A DNA stretch of 64,000 nucleotides from a virus. Both the position numbers and the translations under genes were made by a program. The stretch lies in IMG/VR virus record IMGVR_UViG_3300027852_000039, positions 1 through 64,000 of that record, one strand, 5' to 3'. Shown piece by piece: positions 35,276-44,843 of the stretch. Within the stretch, counting starts at the first letter, position 1. Each line of letters begins with the position of its first letter. The notes under the pieces are model-generated. The model made no database searches and was not told the DNA's origin. It saw nothing but the letters and a program-made list of their open reading frames with translations.

Positions 35276-35592
35276 CAGGAGAGGAGAGAACGGTACAGAA
35301 ATGACAACGGGAGATCTCGGGGAGGAGGTCGGTCCGATCACGGTCCGTTCTCGCTTCCTGAGTCTCCCGCTGTACGTTTGAGAGGATACCTCACCGAAAA
35401 AGTTCGGGTCAAGAGAAATTCGAGCTTGACAAGGCGACCCTCCATCTGAGAGACTTCCCGTCGTAATCCCCTTTCTTGATTCAAAACGATTCCCTCATGA
35501 AGCTCCGTCGCTTCGAGTCGACGATACGATTCGGCACGCTCGGAGCTTTTCTTTTTTCAGGGGGAATCAACCGCGTCAGAGGAGGAGAAGAG

Positions 35593-36246
35593 ATGTCGAA
35601 AAAGAAGACAGCACGTCCGGATCCCTCCGGACTTCCCGTCGAATGGGTTCCTCTCGACAAGATCATCGAGTACGAACACAACCCGAAGAAACATCCCGAA
35701 CATCAAGTGAAGAAGATCGCGGAACAGATTGAACTGTATGGGTTCCATCCCGCGATCGAGCTTGACAGGGACGGGGTTATCATCGCGGGTCATGGTCGCA
35801 AGCTCGCAGCAAAGCGACTCGGACGGAAGGAAGCTCCGTGCGTCCGAAGAAAGGATCTCACGGCGAGGGAAGCAAGGGGCCGGCGATTAGGGGACAACGT
35901 TGTCGCGGAATCCCCGTGGGACGAGGATCTTCTCCGGACGGAGTTCGATGTCCTCGCAACCGAGGAAGGGATGAGTCACGAAGAGATCGCGAAGATGAGC
36001 GGGTTCGACAAGGACGTGGTCGAGGATCTCTTGAAGGCGAGCGGGGAGGCGACGATCCCTCCGGACGGTTCGGAAGGTTCGGAAGGTGAGGACTCCTCGG
36101 GAGTGAAGACATACAAGAAGGATCCGAACATCATAATCCGGATCTCGGTTCATCCGGGATTGTGGGCGGGGAAGCGGGACGAGATTCGTCAAGTTCTCTT
36201 TGACATGGAAAAGGCGTATAACTGCAAGATCTCGATCGAGGAGTAA
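35593..36246 (+). CDS. ParB N-terminal (ParB/Srx) domain protein
   Basis: I..Y.HNPK.H...QV..IA..I..YGF, IIAGHGR.LAAK.LG, R.GDN.VAE..WD..LL. Confidence 0.9.
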   Translation: MSKKKTARPDPSGLPVEWVPLDKIIEYEHNPKKHPEHQVKKIAEQIELYGFHPAIELDRDGVIIAGHGRKLAAKRLGRKEAPCVRRKDLTAREARGRRLGDNVVAESPWDEDLLRTEFDVLATEEGMSHEEIAKMSGFDKDVVEDLLKASGEATIPPDGSEGSEGEDSSGVKTYKKDPNIIIRISVHPGLWAGKRDEIRQVLFDMEKAYNCKISIEE

Positions 36247-36247
36247 C

Positions 36248-36490
36248 ATGGAGTTTGTAGGTTCCAAGGAATCGAGGGAATGCTGTCAGGTCGGATCGTA
36301 CGAACATCAAGTCCCGATGCCGATCAACGGAAGGCGGCAAGACATTGATTTTTGCATCGCGGACATAGTCGCGGCGCTGAACGCTGCGAACATCGTGACC
36401 ATTGCTTTATGCTGTGGACATGGAATCATGGAAGCGAGGATCGACCTTCGGGACGGAAGACGAATGATCGTGACGAATCCGAAAAGATGA
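36248..36490 (+). CDS. Hypothetical protein
   Basis: ID.CIADIV.ALN...I.T...CCGHG family motif. Confidence 0.7.
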   Translation: MEFVGSKESRECCQVGSYEHQVPMPINGRRQDIDFCIADIVAALNAANIVTIALCCGHGIMEARIDLRDGRRMIVTNPKR

Positions 36491-36500
36491 GGAGTGGTCC

Positions 36501-37154
36501 GTGAGCGATCCGTACGACGCCGACCGTTACGACTGGAAGCATTGTCCGGGGAATTGCGAGGAGTGTGAATTCGATCCCGAGAAGAGTTTGATAAAGGAGG
36601 GGTTGAACATGGGAGACGGAAACCGAAGGAGAGAAGAGATCCAGAAGCAAGAAGAGGAAGCGCGCGAAGCGTGGGGACTCCCTGAACTCGACGGACCGGA
36701 ATGGAGAAAGCTCTTCGTCTACGAGGGGGAGATCCAAATCATCACCGATCGCGATCGCGCGGTCATGGAGTATCAACGGAACCTCTTGATGGACTATCTC
36801 CCGATGATTCTGAACATGCTTCTTGAGATCCATCCCATCACGTACGAAGAGTTCAACAGGGTCGTGGTCACGCAACCCGGAGTCCAGGAGAAGGCGCTCC
36901 TTTCTCTTGAGGAGAACTATCCCGCGATCGGAATAACGAAGGTCGGGGGATTGTGGGGATGGTCGACCCTGTCCCTGATCGCAACGATCACGGAGATCCT
37001 CGTCGGGGATCGTCTTGCATTCCTCATCGACACACCCTCCAAGAAGGGAGGACGGTTGTACGCGTGCGAATGGTACAACCGGGACTCCATCCCTCGACAG
37101 AACTTCCTGAACTGGATCACACCGAAAAGATGGAACACGACGGAGATCGGATGA
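36501..37154 (+). CDS. Hypothetical protein
   Basis: ORF track. Confidence 0.6.
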   Translation: MSDPYDADRYDWKHCPGNCEECEFDPEKSLIKEGLNMGDGNRRREEIQKQEEEAREAWGLPELDGPEWRKLFVYEGEIQIITDRDRAVMEYQRNLLMDYLPMILNMLLEIHPITYEEFNRVVVTQPGVQEKALLSLEENYPAIGITKVGGLWGWSTLSLIATITEILVGDRLAFLIDTPSKKGGRLYACEWYNRDSIPRQNFLNWITPKRWNTTEIG

Positions 37155-37531
37155 CCGAGTTCGTGCGAGTGTATCTCTGTACGCGGGAATCTTGTCGCGC
37201 GTTCTTCAATCTGAGCACGGAGGGGTTCGACTTCTGTCCGGGAGGTTACATGCTTCCGTGTCGAGACTGCGGCGGGGTCACGAAGTACAGGATCATTCCG
37301 AAAGAACTTCTCGAAGTCGAGCATATCGCGGGGAGAATCCGGAGGACGGAGAAGTCTCCGCTTGTATCGAACGACGGGGGAGTGTTGCTCCCGAAAGAAC
37401 TCGCGGACTACCTGAAGGGATCGTTCGCGAAAACGCGTAACAGAGCGAAGGGGGACAGCCATGCAGAAAAACAAAGAACGATTCATCAGAAAGTATTGAG
37501 AGTCGGGGGGAAGTATGTTCGTCGCATGTAG
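37151..37531 (+). CDS. Zinc-ribbon protein
   Basis: CxxxxC, CxxC. Confidence 0.55.
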   Translation: MTEFVRVYLCTRESCRAFFNLSTEGFDFCPGGYMLPCRDCGGVTKYRIIPKELLEVEHIAGRIRRTEKSPLVSNDGGVLLPKELADYLKGSFAKTRNRAKGDSHAEKQRTIHQKVLRVGGKYVRRM

Positions 37532-37664
37532 ACACGCGGGGATCCCGAGAACCGTCTTCTACCGATGGCGCAAAAGCGACGAGGAGTTCCGGAAAGAGAT
37601 CGAGAAGGTCAACGCGGAGAACGTTGACAAGATCATGGACGCCCTTCAAAGGACGGGGACATGA
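37461..37664 (+). pseudogene. TerS-like/phBC6A51-type HTH gene interrupted by an in-frame TGA (37497-37499)
   Basis: MQKNKERFIRKY*ESGGSMFVACRHAGIPRTVFYRWRKSDEEF; RBS upstream, ATGA overlap with the next gene; absent from the ORF track. Confidence 0.6.
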
Positions 37665-39040
37665 AGATCGGGTATCTATCATTCGGGCGCGACGACTTCT
37701 CGTACGGACTCGCGCTCGTCCTGTCCAGGATCAAGGACAAGTGCGAGACGTTCCGGGTGTCACCGAAAACCGCGAGGTACGCGGACGAGATCTTCTTCTC
37801 CCTATTTTGGTGGGAACACCTTTACCTTCTCGCGGACTTCCTCCGGAAAGCGGGTATCTCGAAGAACGAGGATCTCAAAAGTCGACCGCGTATCCGGATC
37901 GGAGGATATCAAACATTCAACCCTGTCCCTCTCCTCGCGTATGGTGACGAGGTCTTCGTCGGTGACGGCGAGGAGGGGTTCCCTCTTCGACTCTTCAAGA
38001 ACGAAACTCCTCCCTCCCTTTATCTCTCGCACAAACAGAAGTCGGTCGAGTACGCTTGTGTCGAGAGTCTCCGAGGATTCTCCCACATCACGAACGACTT
38101 CACGCGCGTCGAGATCGCGCGCGGATGTCGCTACCGCTGTAAGTTCTGTCTCGTCTCCCATCTGAAACCATACCGCGAAGTTCCGATCGAGGAGCTTCGT
38201 CCGCTCGTGCGGCGCTGCAAGACGAAGCGGATCTCTCTCTTCGCCCCTGAAGTCACGGCGTATTCGTCGGCAGAAGAGCTTGATTACCTCTGCGCGGAGA
38301 AGAAGCTCGTCCGGAGCGAACAGGACACGCGGATCGAGAACGTTCATCTCCGACAACAGAAGACGCTCCCGCAAGTGGGGATCGAGGGGATCTCCGAGCG
38401 ATTGCGGAAGAGCGTTCGGAAAAACATCTCTGACGAGATTCTTCTCGAACAGGTCGCGAGGATGATCTCGCAAGGCAAGCGGGGACTCCGCGCATACTAC
38501 ATCCTCGGACTACCGGGAGAGACGTCGGAGGATTGGGACTCCTTCAAGGAGTTCCTCGTGAAGATGGGAAATCTTCCAGGAGCGGAGAAGTTCTCGTTCT
38601 TCCCGTACCCGAACGCGTTCAACGCGAACCCTCATACTCCGTTCGAGATGGAACCCGTCCGATGGGAGGTCGACTATCGAAAGAAGTGGACCGATCTCTT
38701 TTTCCTGAGAGGGTGCTCCATGGAGTCTCTTCCCTGGAAAATGAAAATCATGGCGTTCACGAGGATGCACGGACCCGCGTCCAGGATCCTCGCTCAGATC
38801 GCGTTGAGAGCGGGAGAGGAGTTCTTCGACCTGGAGAGGGACTTGTCTCGGAGAGGAGTGATCCGGATCCAGAAGACCCGCGTCGTCTGCAAGAGTGCAG
38901 ACGCGCTCGTCGATGCGTTGAAGAAGTGGGGAGGGGTTGAGCGATATTGCGGAGTCCCGAAGGAAACTCCATGGAAGAAGGTCAAGCTTCAGAAACCCAA
39001 AGAGAAGGGGAAAGACAATGGGGATACTACAGGACGTTAA
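37661..39040 (+). CDS. Radical SAM protein (B12-binding/TIGR03960-like architecture)
   Basis: IGG....NP.P, FVGDGEE, EIARGCRYRCKFC, GIEGISERLR..V.K.I, YYILGLPGE, PHTP. Confidence 0.88.
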   Translation: MKIGYLSFGRDDFSYGLALVLSRIKDKCETFRVSPKTARYADEIFFSLFWWEHLYLLADFLRKAGISKNEDLKSRPRIRIGGYQTFNPVPLLAYGDEVFVGDGEEGFPLRLFKNETPPSLYLSHKQKSVEYACVESLRGFSHITNDFTRVEIARGCRYRCKFCLVSHLKPYREVPIEELRPLVRRCKTKRISLFAPEVTAYSSAEELDYLCAEKKLVRSEQDTRIENVHLRQQKTLPQVGIEGISERLRKSVRKNISDEILLEQVARMISQGKRGLRAYYILGLPGETSEDWDSFKEFLVKMGNLPGAEKFSFFPYPNAFNANPHTPFEMEPVRWEVDYRKKWTDLFFLRGCSMESLPWKMKIMAFTRMHGPASRILAQIALRAGEEFFDLERDLSRRGVIRIQKTRVVCKSADALVDALKKWGGVERYCGVPKETPWKKVKLQKPKEKGKDNGDTTGR

Positions 39041-39449
39041 AAGCTTCATTCAGGAAGTCGTCGAGTATCTCACGAGCGAAGAGGGACAGGAGAAGGTGAG
39101 CGATACAGTGAAGAACCTTGTCGATCTCGCGAAGGCCGCGATCTTCATCCTGTCGTTATTCAACCATCCGCTGACACCGACAGAGAAGCGGGAACTTCTC
39201 CGGAGGTTTTTTGAGATCCTCCGCAAGATGGATCCGCGAGACTTGGACCTGTTGATCGAGGTCGTCCAGTCCAGAGCGATTCGATCGATGAGCGATGCGG
39301 AACTCGATGCGCTCGTCGGGATCGTCCTCGCGATCACGCTGGAGGATCAAGTCATCGATACCTTCGCGTCTTCCGAGATGGGAGGAAAGAGGATGAAAGG
39401 ACCGCTTCCAACCGAGTTCAAGAGGAGAGGGAAAACCCACAAGAAGTAA
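39018..39449 (+). CDS. Hypothetical protein
   Basis: ORF track. Confidence 0.55.
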   Translation: MGILQDVKSFIQEVVEYLTSEEGQEKVSDTVKNLVDLAKAAIFILSLFNHPLTPTEKRELLRRFFEILRKMDPRDLDLLIEVVQSRAIRSMSDAELDALVGIVLAITLEDQVIDTFASSEMGGKRMKGPLPTEFKRRGKTHKK

Positions 39450-39461
39450 AGGGAGGGAGTC

Positions 39462-39734
39462 ATGTCAAAGACGGAAGCAATCTATGAAGGTCTTCTGTGG
39501 GTCGGAGCGGCGTTGCTCCTGTATTTCTGCGGGAAGCATGGACTCGCAGACACGAAGACGCTCTCGACGCTCCTCGGGGTTCTGATCGGCGCTGTTGCGA
39601 GACAGTTCGGGTCAACGTGGTCGAACGCGAAGCAAGGCGCGGCGCTCACGAAAGAAGACATCGAGGCGCTTCTCAGGCAACCGATTCCATTGGACGTAAC
39701 GGCGCTTCGAGAAGCTCTGAGGGAACAAGGATGA
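39462..39734 (+). CDS. Small two-TM membrane protein (holin-like)
   Basis: Two hydrophobic helices. Confidence 0.5.
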   Translation: MSKTEAIYEGLLWVGAALLLYFCGKHGLADTKTLSTLLGVLIGAVARQFGSTWSNAKQGAALTKEDIEALLRQPIPLDVTALREALREQG

Positions 39735-40072
39735 GACACCAACAGTACAATCTCCGGATAGAGGTCGAGGAGAAGCGGACCGTCATTCGGATGTCCAAGC
39801 TCGGGATGTTGGACATCCTGTCCGCGTTGAGCAATCTGAACCGGATGTCGACAGAGATCTCGGAGAAGGAGTGGAGGGAGAGGGACGAACCGTTCGTCGT
39901 GCGGTTTCTGAGTAAACCGCTCGGAAACATCGAATGGATACTCGATCCGAAATTCGAGCGCGAGATCCTGGAGCAACAGCGCGCGGAAATCGAGGAAAGA
40001 GTCCGCAAGACATGGGGAGCGGCAAATGAGACGAAGGTATTGTCCATGCGGAGCAAGGATCGCGGAGGATGA
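39731..40072 (+). CDS. Hypothetical protein
   Basis: ATGA-coupled. Confidence 0.55.
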   Translation: MRHQQYNLRIEVEEKRTVIRMSKLGMLDILSALSNLNRMSTEISEKEWRERDEPFVVRFLSKPLGNIEWILDPKFEREILEQQRAEIEERVRKTWGAANETKVLSMRSKDRGG

Positions 40073-40532
40073 CAACCCGTGTCCTTTTTGTGGGAAGGAG
40101 CGGGAGACGAAGCCGTCGATGTTCACGACGCCGACGTTCTTTCAGGAGAAGGATCCCGTCAAACTTCTCACAGTGATCGAGGACTACATTGACAAAGGAC
40201 CGTTCGACGATTCACACATCACGAAGTCGTTTCCGATGATCCCCTTCGTGGAGATCATCGGAAACGACATGGGGTTAGGGTGCGAGATAACGAAAGACCT
40301 GATCTCGAAGACGACGAGTAACTCGCCCATCATGTACTACAAAATGCTTCAGGCGCAAAAGGACAAGGAGATCGAGAAGCTCAAGGAAGAGATGCGCGGG
40401 GAGATCATCAAGGAGCTTGGAATCCCGAAGTCGATCCTGAACATGCGGACTGGACCGGCGAAGAAGGAGAAGCGAAGACCCACGGAGCGAACCCGGAGGA
40501 TCATTCGTCCGGGGATGAAGAAGGAGGAATAA
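40026..40532 (+). CDS. Zinc-ribbon protein with C-terminal RRIIRP
   Basis: CPCG ... CPFC. Confidence 0.65.
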   Translation: MRRRYCPCGARIAEDDNPCPFCGKERETKPSMFTTPTFFQEKDPVKLLTVIEDYIDKGPFDDSHITKSFPMIPFVEIIGNDMGLGCEITKDLISKTTSNSPIMYYKMLQAQKDKEIEKLKEEMRGEIIKELGIPKSILNMRTGPAKKEKRRPTERTRRIIRPGMKKEE

Positions 40533-41032
40533 TGCGATATCCCAAACCGAAGACGTACTTCATCGAGGTCGACCATTATCTTTCGGACGAGGAACACGAC
40601 AGGATGCTTCACGAGTGGGGGATGCGAAACCGGAGAATGGGATTCAAGGATGAGCTTATCCTCCTGGACGGCGGGATGCGTCTCGCGAATCCGGGATCCG
40701 TCTGGAAAGCGTTCGTCGGTGGGTTCCTCGTGGCGGCGATGGCGGCGCTCGTGTTCGCGGTCGTCATGGCGGCGGTCGAGGCAGAGGGAGCAATGCTTCG
40801 AAATCCCTTTGAGAGCAACGAGGATGCCGAAAACGAGGGGAATCTCCCTGGACAGATACAAGTGATCCAGGATTGGAAGGGGGACGATCTGACCTGTATT
40901 CCGTGGGAAGTGGCGTGTGTCGAGGACGGAGGGGAGAAGCTTCTCTGTATAATCCCATGCGGCGACGTCCGCGCGGATCCGGGGGATCTCCTCGTCTGTC
41001 CGGACGGACGTCAATACATAGCGGACCCATAA
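40532..41032 (+). CDS. Membrane protein
   Basis: Central TM helix, Cys-containing C-terminal domain. Confidence 0.6.
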   Translation: MRYPKPKTYFIEVDHYLSDEEHDRMLHEWGMRNRRMGFKDELILLDGGMRLANPGSVWKAFVGGFLVAAMAALVFAVVMAAVEAEGAMLRNPFESNEDAENEGNLPGQIQVIQDWKGDDLTCIPWEVACVEDGGEKLLCIIPCGDVRADPGDLLVCPDGRQYIADP

Positions 41033-41095
41033 GAAACAGACATCGACCGGAATCGATGTTGTAAAACGACGTACAGAAAGAGAGGAGAGTAAAAC

Positions 41096-41566
41096 ATGGC
41101 GAAATCAGGAAAGACAGCGGGAGCGGGAAGGGGAGGGGGAGGAGCGGCAGGGACGACAGTAAGCTCTGACGTCCTGGATATGCTCAAGAACATTCAACAG
41201 CTTGTGTCCTCGATGGCGACGAGAACCGTCACGAGTTCCGAGCAATACAGTGTCGGACAGGACATCGGAATCGACGAAGTACAGAAGACCGCGAGCGGCG
41301 TCCTGTCAACGGTCATGGCACAGGAAGCGCAAAAGATCCAGGCGCACGCGGACGGACTTCGGGACGCGCGGAACCTGTCGATCCAGTGTCACCTTGCATC
41401 CTTGCAAGCGATCGCGGGAGTGGGGAACGCGGTGGACAAGCTTCAGAACATCAACGAGACGGACGCGATCGCGGCGACGATGGTCGAGGCGATGCAGCGG
41501 AATCCCGCGCTCATGGAGCTTGTTCTTGCAAAGCTCGGATCCGATCTTCTGGAGAAGAATAATTAA
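41096..41566 (+). CDS. Hypothetical helical protein
   Basis: GAGGAG RBS. Confidence 0.65.
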   Translation: MAKSGKTAGAGRGGGGAAGTTVSSDVLDMLKNIQQLVSSMATRTVTSSEQYSVGQDIGIDEVQKTASGVLSTVMAQEAQKIQAHADGLRDARNLSIQCHLASLQAIAGVGNAVDKLQNINETDAIAATMVEAMQRNPALMELVLAKLGSDLLEKNN

Positions 41567-41649
41567 CAAACCCACAATATGATTCCGGTCGGTGTTCTTT
41601 TTTTGGAGGACGACGAAAGCGCGAGGCGACGAAGGGTTGAGGGCTAATT

Positions 41650-41805
41650 ATGAGGGTATATTGTCCAGCTTGTGGGGAATGGATCGATCAATCTGAGGAA
41701 ATAGATCTATGTCCTGGAGACTCGATTCCGTGGGAATGCCCGGATTGCGGAATGAGGTTCTATATCGATGTGGAGTTCGACCAGACGCAGGGTGTTTTCG
41801 AATAG
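41650..41805 (+). CDS. Zinc-ribbon protein (51 aa)
   Basis: MRVYCPACG...WECPDCG; below the ORF-track cutoff. Confidence 0.6.
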   Translation: MRVYCPACGEWIDQSEEIDLCPGDSIPWECPDCGMRFYIDVEFDQTQGVFE

Positions 41806-41819
41806 CGGGGGATAGAAGG

Positions 41820-42008
41820 ATGGCGATCGTAAAGACTTCTCAGAGAATAACGAACCTGTCGTTGACGCTCGAACACGAGGACGAGGTTTGCGCATTCGCA
41901 GAGATCATCGAATACGCAAAGTCGTACATGCACAAGCATTCGACGGGATCCCCCGGAGCGATGGATTTGATCCGGAAGATCGAGGAGGGCGGGGTCAAGA
42001 GGAAATGA
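41820..42008 (+). CDS. Hypothetical protein
   Basis: RBS, ATGA overlap. Confidence 0.5.
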   Translation: MAIVKTSQRITNLSLTLEHEDEVCAFAEIIEYAKSYMHKHSTGSPGAMDLIRKIEEGGVKRK

Positions 42009-42511
42009 GAGCGGACCTGTTTGACTGGAGAGGCGCGCTTTTCTCGGAGGACCGGAAGCATCGGTTCGCCTTGTGGCGATTGTGGCGTCCTTCCGGAGCG
42101 TACGTGACGTTCGTTCTTCTGAACCCATCGACAGCGGACGAGGAGCGGGACGACCCTACGATCCGAAGGTGTATCGGGTACGCGGAGAAGTGGGGGTTCG
42201 GGGGAGTCGTGATTCTGAACCTGTTCAGCTTCCGGACGTACAACCCGAAGGAGATGAGGGAGCAAGGCGCGGGAGCGAATCTCCCGGAGAACGACGACTT
42301 CATTCGATGGTTTAATCGCGGATCGTGGGAGACGGTTTGCGCGTGGGGAGCGCACGGGAACTTCCTCGGGAGAGCGCACGAGGTCTTCCCGATGATAAGT
42401 AATCCGAGATGTCTGTCGAGAACGAAGGACGGCGAACCCTCGCATCCGCTTTACCTGAAGAAAACACTCAGGACAAGGAGATATCACCGTGAAGGAAGAG
42501 GACAAGGTTGA
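42005..42511 (+). CDS. DUF1643 family protein
   Basis: A.FS.D..HR..LWR.W, LLNPSTAD...DDPTIRRC..YA..WGFG, NLF, AWG, G.P.HPLY. Confidence 0.92.
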   Translation: MRADLFDWRGALFSEDRKHRFALWRLWRPSGAYVTFVLLNPSTADEERDDPTIRRCIGYAEKWGFGGVVILNLFSFRTYNPKEMREQGAGANLPENDDFIRWFNRGSWETVCAWGAHGNFLGRAHEVFPMISNPRCLSRTKDGEPSHPLYLKKTLRTRRYHREGRGQG

Positions 42512-42815
42512 TTTCAAGATGCCGTCAGACGAGGAGATCGCGCTCGTCGGAGACGGAACCGAGGGGTTGACGACCCACGAGCGGAAGGGATGGTTCGACT
42601 CCGGACGACTGAGGGGATTCATCGATCTCGCGCGGATGGTCGTCTCCTCGCGGAAGCGGGAACCGAAGCACGGCGTAAAGGCGTCGCGTGGAAGGAGGAT
42701 GAGGAGATCCGATCGACGTCACGCGGCGAACAAGGTCGCGCGGCGATCGCGGAAGACGAGCGCGAAGAGTGGAGCGACGGGGAGTTCCCGTCAGACCTGG
42801 AGGAAGAAGCGGTGA
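42489..42815 (+). CDS. Basic hypothetical protein
   Basis: ORF track. Confidence 0.5.
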   Translation: MKEEDKVDFKMPSDEEIALVGDGTEGLTTHERKGWFDSGRLRGFIDLARMVVSSRKREPKHGVKASRGRRMRRSDRRHAANKVARRSRKTSAKSGATGSSRQTWRKKR

Positions 42816-43006
42816 GCGTAAACAAGGAGATGTTCGTCCCTGTGGATCTGTGGGAAGAGATCATGAAGACGCTTCGGACGTATGCGTCTCCACTCATGTA
42901 TCGGGGACATTGGAATCGGCCGGCGACTATTCTCGTCCACGACAAAGGGGAGCAAGCTCGCGCGATCCTGGAGAGGATCAAGGAGAAAGGACTCCCCACA
43001 AAATGA
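42812..43006 (+). CDS. Hypothetical protein
   Basis: L..YA....Y.....D.G..AR..L family pattern. Confidence 0.55.
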   Translation: MSVNKEMFVPVDLWEEIMKTLRTYASPLMYRGHWNRPATILVHDKGEQARAILERIKEKGLPTK

Positions 43007-43527
43007 AGGAGGAAAAAGAGATGAAGACATTCCAGAAACCAGTCGGACCCGGAACGGTCCGGACAGAGACGATCGAGATCTACGAGGGGGAGGACGCGTG
43101 TCCGGAGTGTGAGGGATGGAAGTATATCGCGAACGACGAGGAGGGAACGTCGTGGCGTGCGTGGGACGAGCTTCCGGGGATGTCGAAGGGAGCGATCCGC
43201 GCGGGAGTGGTTCGTCCTCTCCCGTGTCCGAGATGCCGGGGAGAAGGGAGAGAACCGATTGAAGAGGAGGAGGTTCCGACCCTGGACATTGAACCGAAGC
43301 GTCCGAAGCTCTCGGTCGACTTTCTCTTCGAGATCGGGGAGATGGTTCGGACGCCGTTCAAGACAAGAGGGATCGTGAGGATGCTCGGGTTCGATGACGG
43401 GGGAGCGAAGATCAACGTTCAGACGGAGAAGGGAGCGGAGTGGTTCACTCAGGACGAGCTTGTCGCGGCGTATGTGGACGCGGAGGTCGAGAGGAAGATC
43501 CCCTGTACGGTTGAGGCGGTACGATGA
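43003..43527 (+). CDS. Zinc-finger protein with SH3-like C-terminus
   Basis: CPECEG..CPRCRGEG; FEIGEMV. Confidence 0.6.
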   Translation: MKEEKEMKTFQKPVGPGTVRTETIEIYEGEDACPECEGWKYIANDEEGTSWRAWDELPGMSKGAIRAGVVRPLPCPRCRGEGREPIEEEEVPTLDIEPKRPKLSVDFLFEIGEMVRTPFKTRGIVRMLGFDDGGAKINVQTEKGAEWFTQDELVAAYVDAEVERKIPCTVEAVR

Positions 43528-43895
43528 AGACGGGTCCATGCACGGAGCGCTGTCCGGACGATTGTCCATACAGAGATCTCGTGAAATCTGAGTGTCGGAA
43601 GTTCGACCCGAGGAGACTGAAGGGGGAGTGTTCCCTCTACGTCGCGAGCGAGGCGGGGGTCGTGCATGGAGAGGAGGACTTCTTGGTTGCGAACAAGGAG
43701 AACCGCTTCTCCCCGTGGAAGTGGAAAGCTCCGAAGAATCAGGGGAGGGTCAAGAGATTGCGGAGTGGAGAGTCGATCGGGGACGTGTCCAGGGACACGG
43801 GGATATCGGCGGCGAAGCTCGGAAAGTGGATGAAAGAAGACGTCATCGGAGAAGCAAGAGAAGAGGAACGAAAGGAGGTGGTTTGCGATGAGTGA
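43524..43895 (+). CDS. HTH protein
   Basis: GESIGDVSRDTGIS...L.KW. Confidence 0.6.
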   Translation: MKTGPCTERCPDDCPYRDLVKSECRKFDPRRLKGECSLYVASEAGVVHGEEDFLVANKENRFSPWKWKAPKNQGRVKRLRSGESIGDVSRDTGISAAKLGKWMKEDVIGEAREEERKEVVCDE

Positions 43896-44451
43896 GGACA
43901 TTCGAGCGCGATGCGCGATCCATACGAACAACTCTCTCGGGATCGTTGAATACGAGGGAGAGGACGGAATCCGGACCCTGAGCGTGGGACAGTGCGGAAC
44001 GTGCATGAAGAACCGGGAGAAGTGGGCGAAAGACAAGGCGATCTCTGCGATGGTTCTCGCGATCGATTCCTTCAAACTGGAGGACATTATGAAGATCGTC
44101 GAGGGGATTCTCGCGCGGTTGAGTCCGGACAGCAACTTGAAGATCGCGGAGGACATCGTCCTGTCCCTGGGCATGGACAGGTTGATCGCTTTGGAGGGAA
44201 CGGTCGGGACACAACAGGCGGCCCTTCACGCGAGGGAAGGAGGTAAGCGTGATTCTGGGGATCCTCTCGTCATGAACAGGATCGTCAAGGAGATCGTCGA
44301 TAGATCGGACATGCTCCGACCTGGAGGGGTCGTCGAGGTAGCGAACAGGATCGTGAAGGAGATGGATCTTGAGGCTCTCGCGGAGTTTGATTTCGAGATC
44401 TCTGCAAGAATGTCGGAGCTTGAAGCAAAAAGGAAGGAGTCGGAGCGATGA
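43888..44451 (+). CDS. Hypothetical protein
   Basis: Internal NRIVKE duplication. Confidence 0.6.
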   Translation: MSEDIRARCAIHTNNSLGIVEYEGEDGIRTLSVGQCGTCMKNREKWAKDKAISAMVLAIDSFKLEDIMKIVEGILARLSPDSNLKIAEDIVLSLGMDRLIALEGTVGTQQAALHAREGGKRDSGDPLVMNRIVKEIVDRSDMLRPGGVVEVANRIVKEMDLEALAEFDFEISARMSELEAKRKESER

Positions 44452-44714
44452 AAACGAAGGAGATCAGGAACGATACGCAGTTAATGCAATACGCGATCTC
44501 GATCATCGAGGAACTGAGGGACGAGAAGTCCGGACACGTCTGGACGGTGAGGATTCAACTCGGGGGGATGCGCGCGAGACTCGATCGGTTGACCTACGAA
44601 GAAGTGACGCATTTGTCCGGGTTCCTCTTGAACATCCAGGGGATAGAGGTCGAGGTTGTCAAGACGAAGGAGCTTCAAGAGAGGGAGGAAGAGGAGAAGA
44701 GCGGGGGAGATTGA
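44448..44714 (+). CDS. Hypothetical protein
   Basis: ATGA-coupled. Confidence 0.55.
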   Translation: MKTKEIRNDTQLMQYAISIIEELRDEKSGHVWTVRIQLGGMRARLDRLTYEEVTHLSGFLLNIQGIEVEVVKTKELQEREEEEKSGGD

Positions 44715-44843
44715 GGGACGGAAAAGGGGTTGAAGCGAAGCATGTAGACAAAACGACGGACTTGTGAACTCTCGGAATGAGGCAAAGTCCGCGATTCCAA
44801 ACGAGAAGCATGAATGATGTGTACACTTCTATAAAAAAGATCA

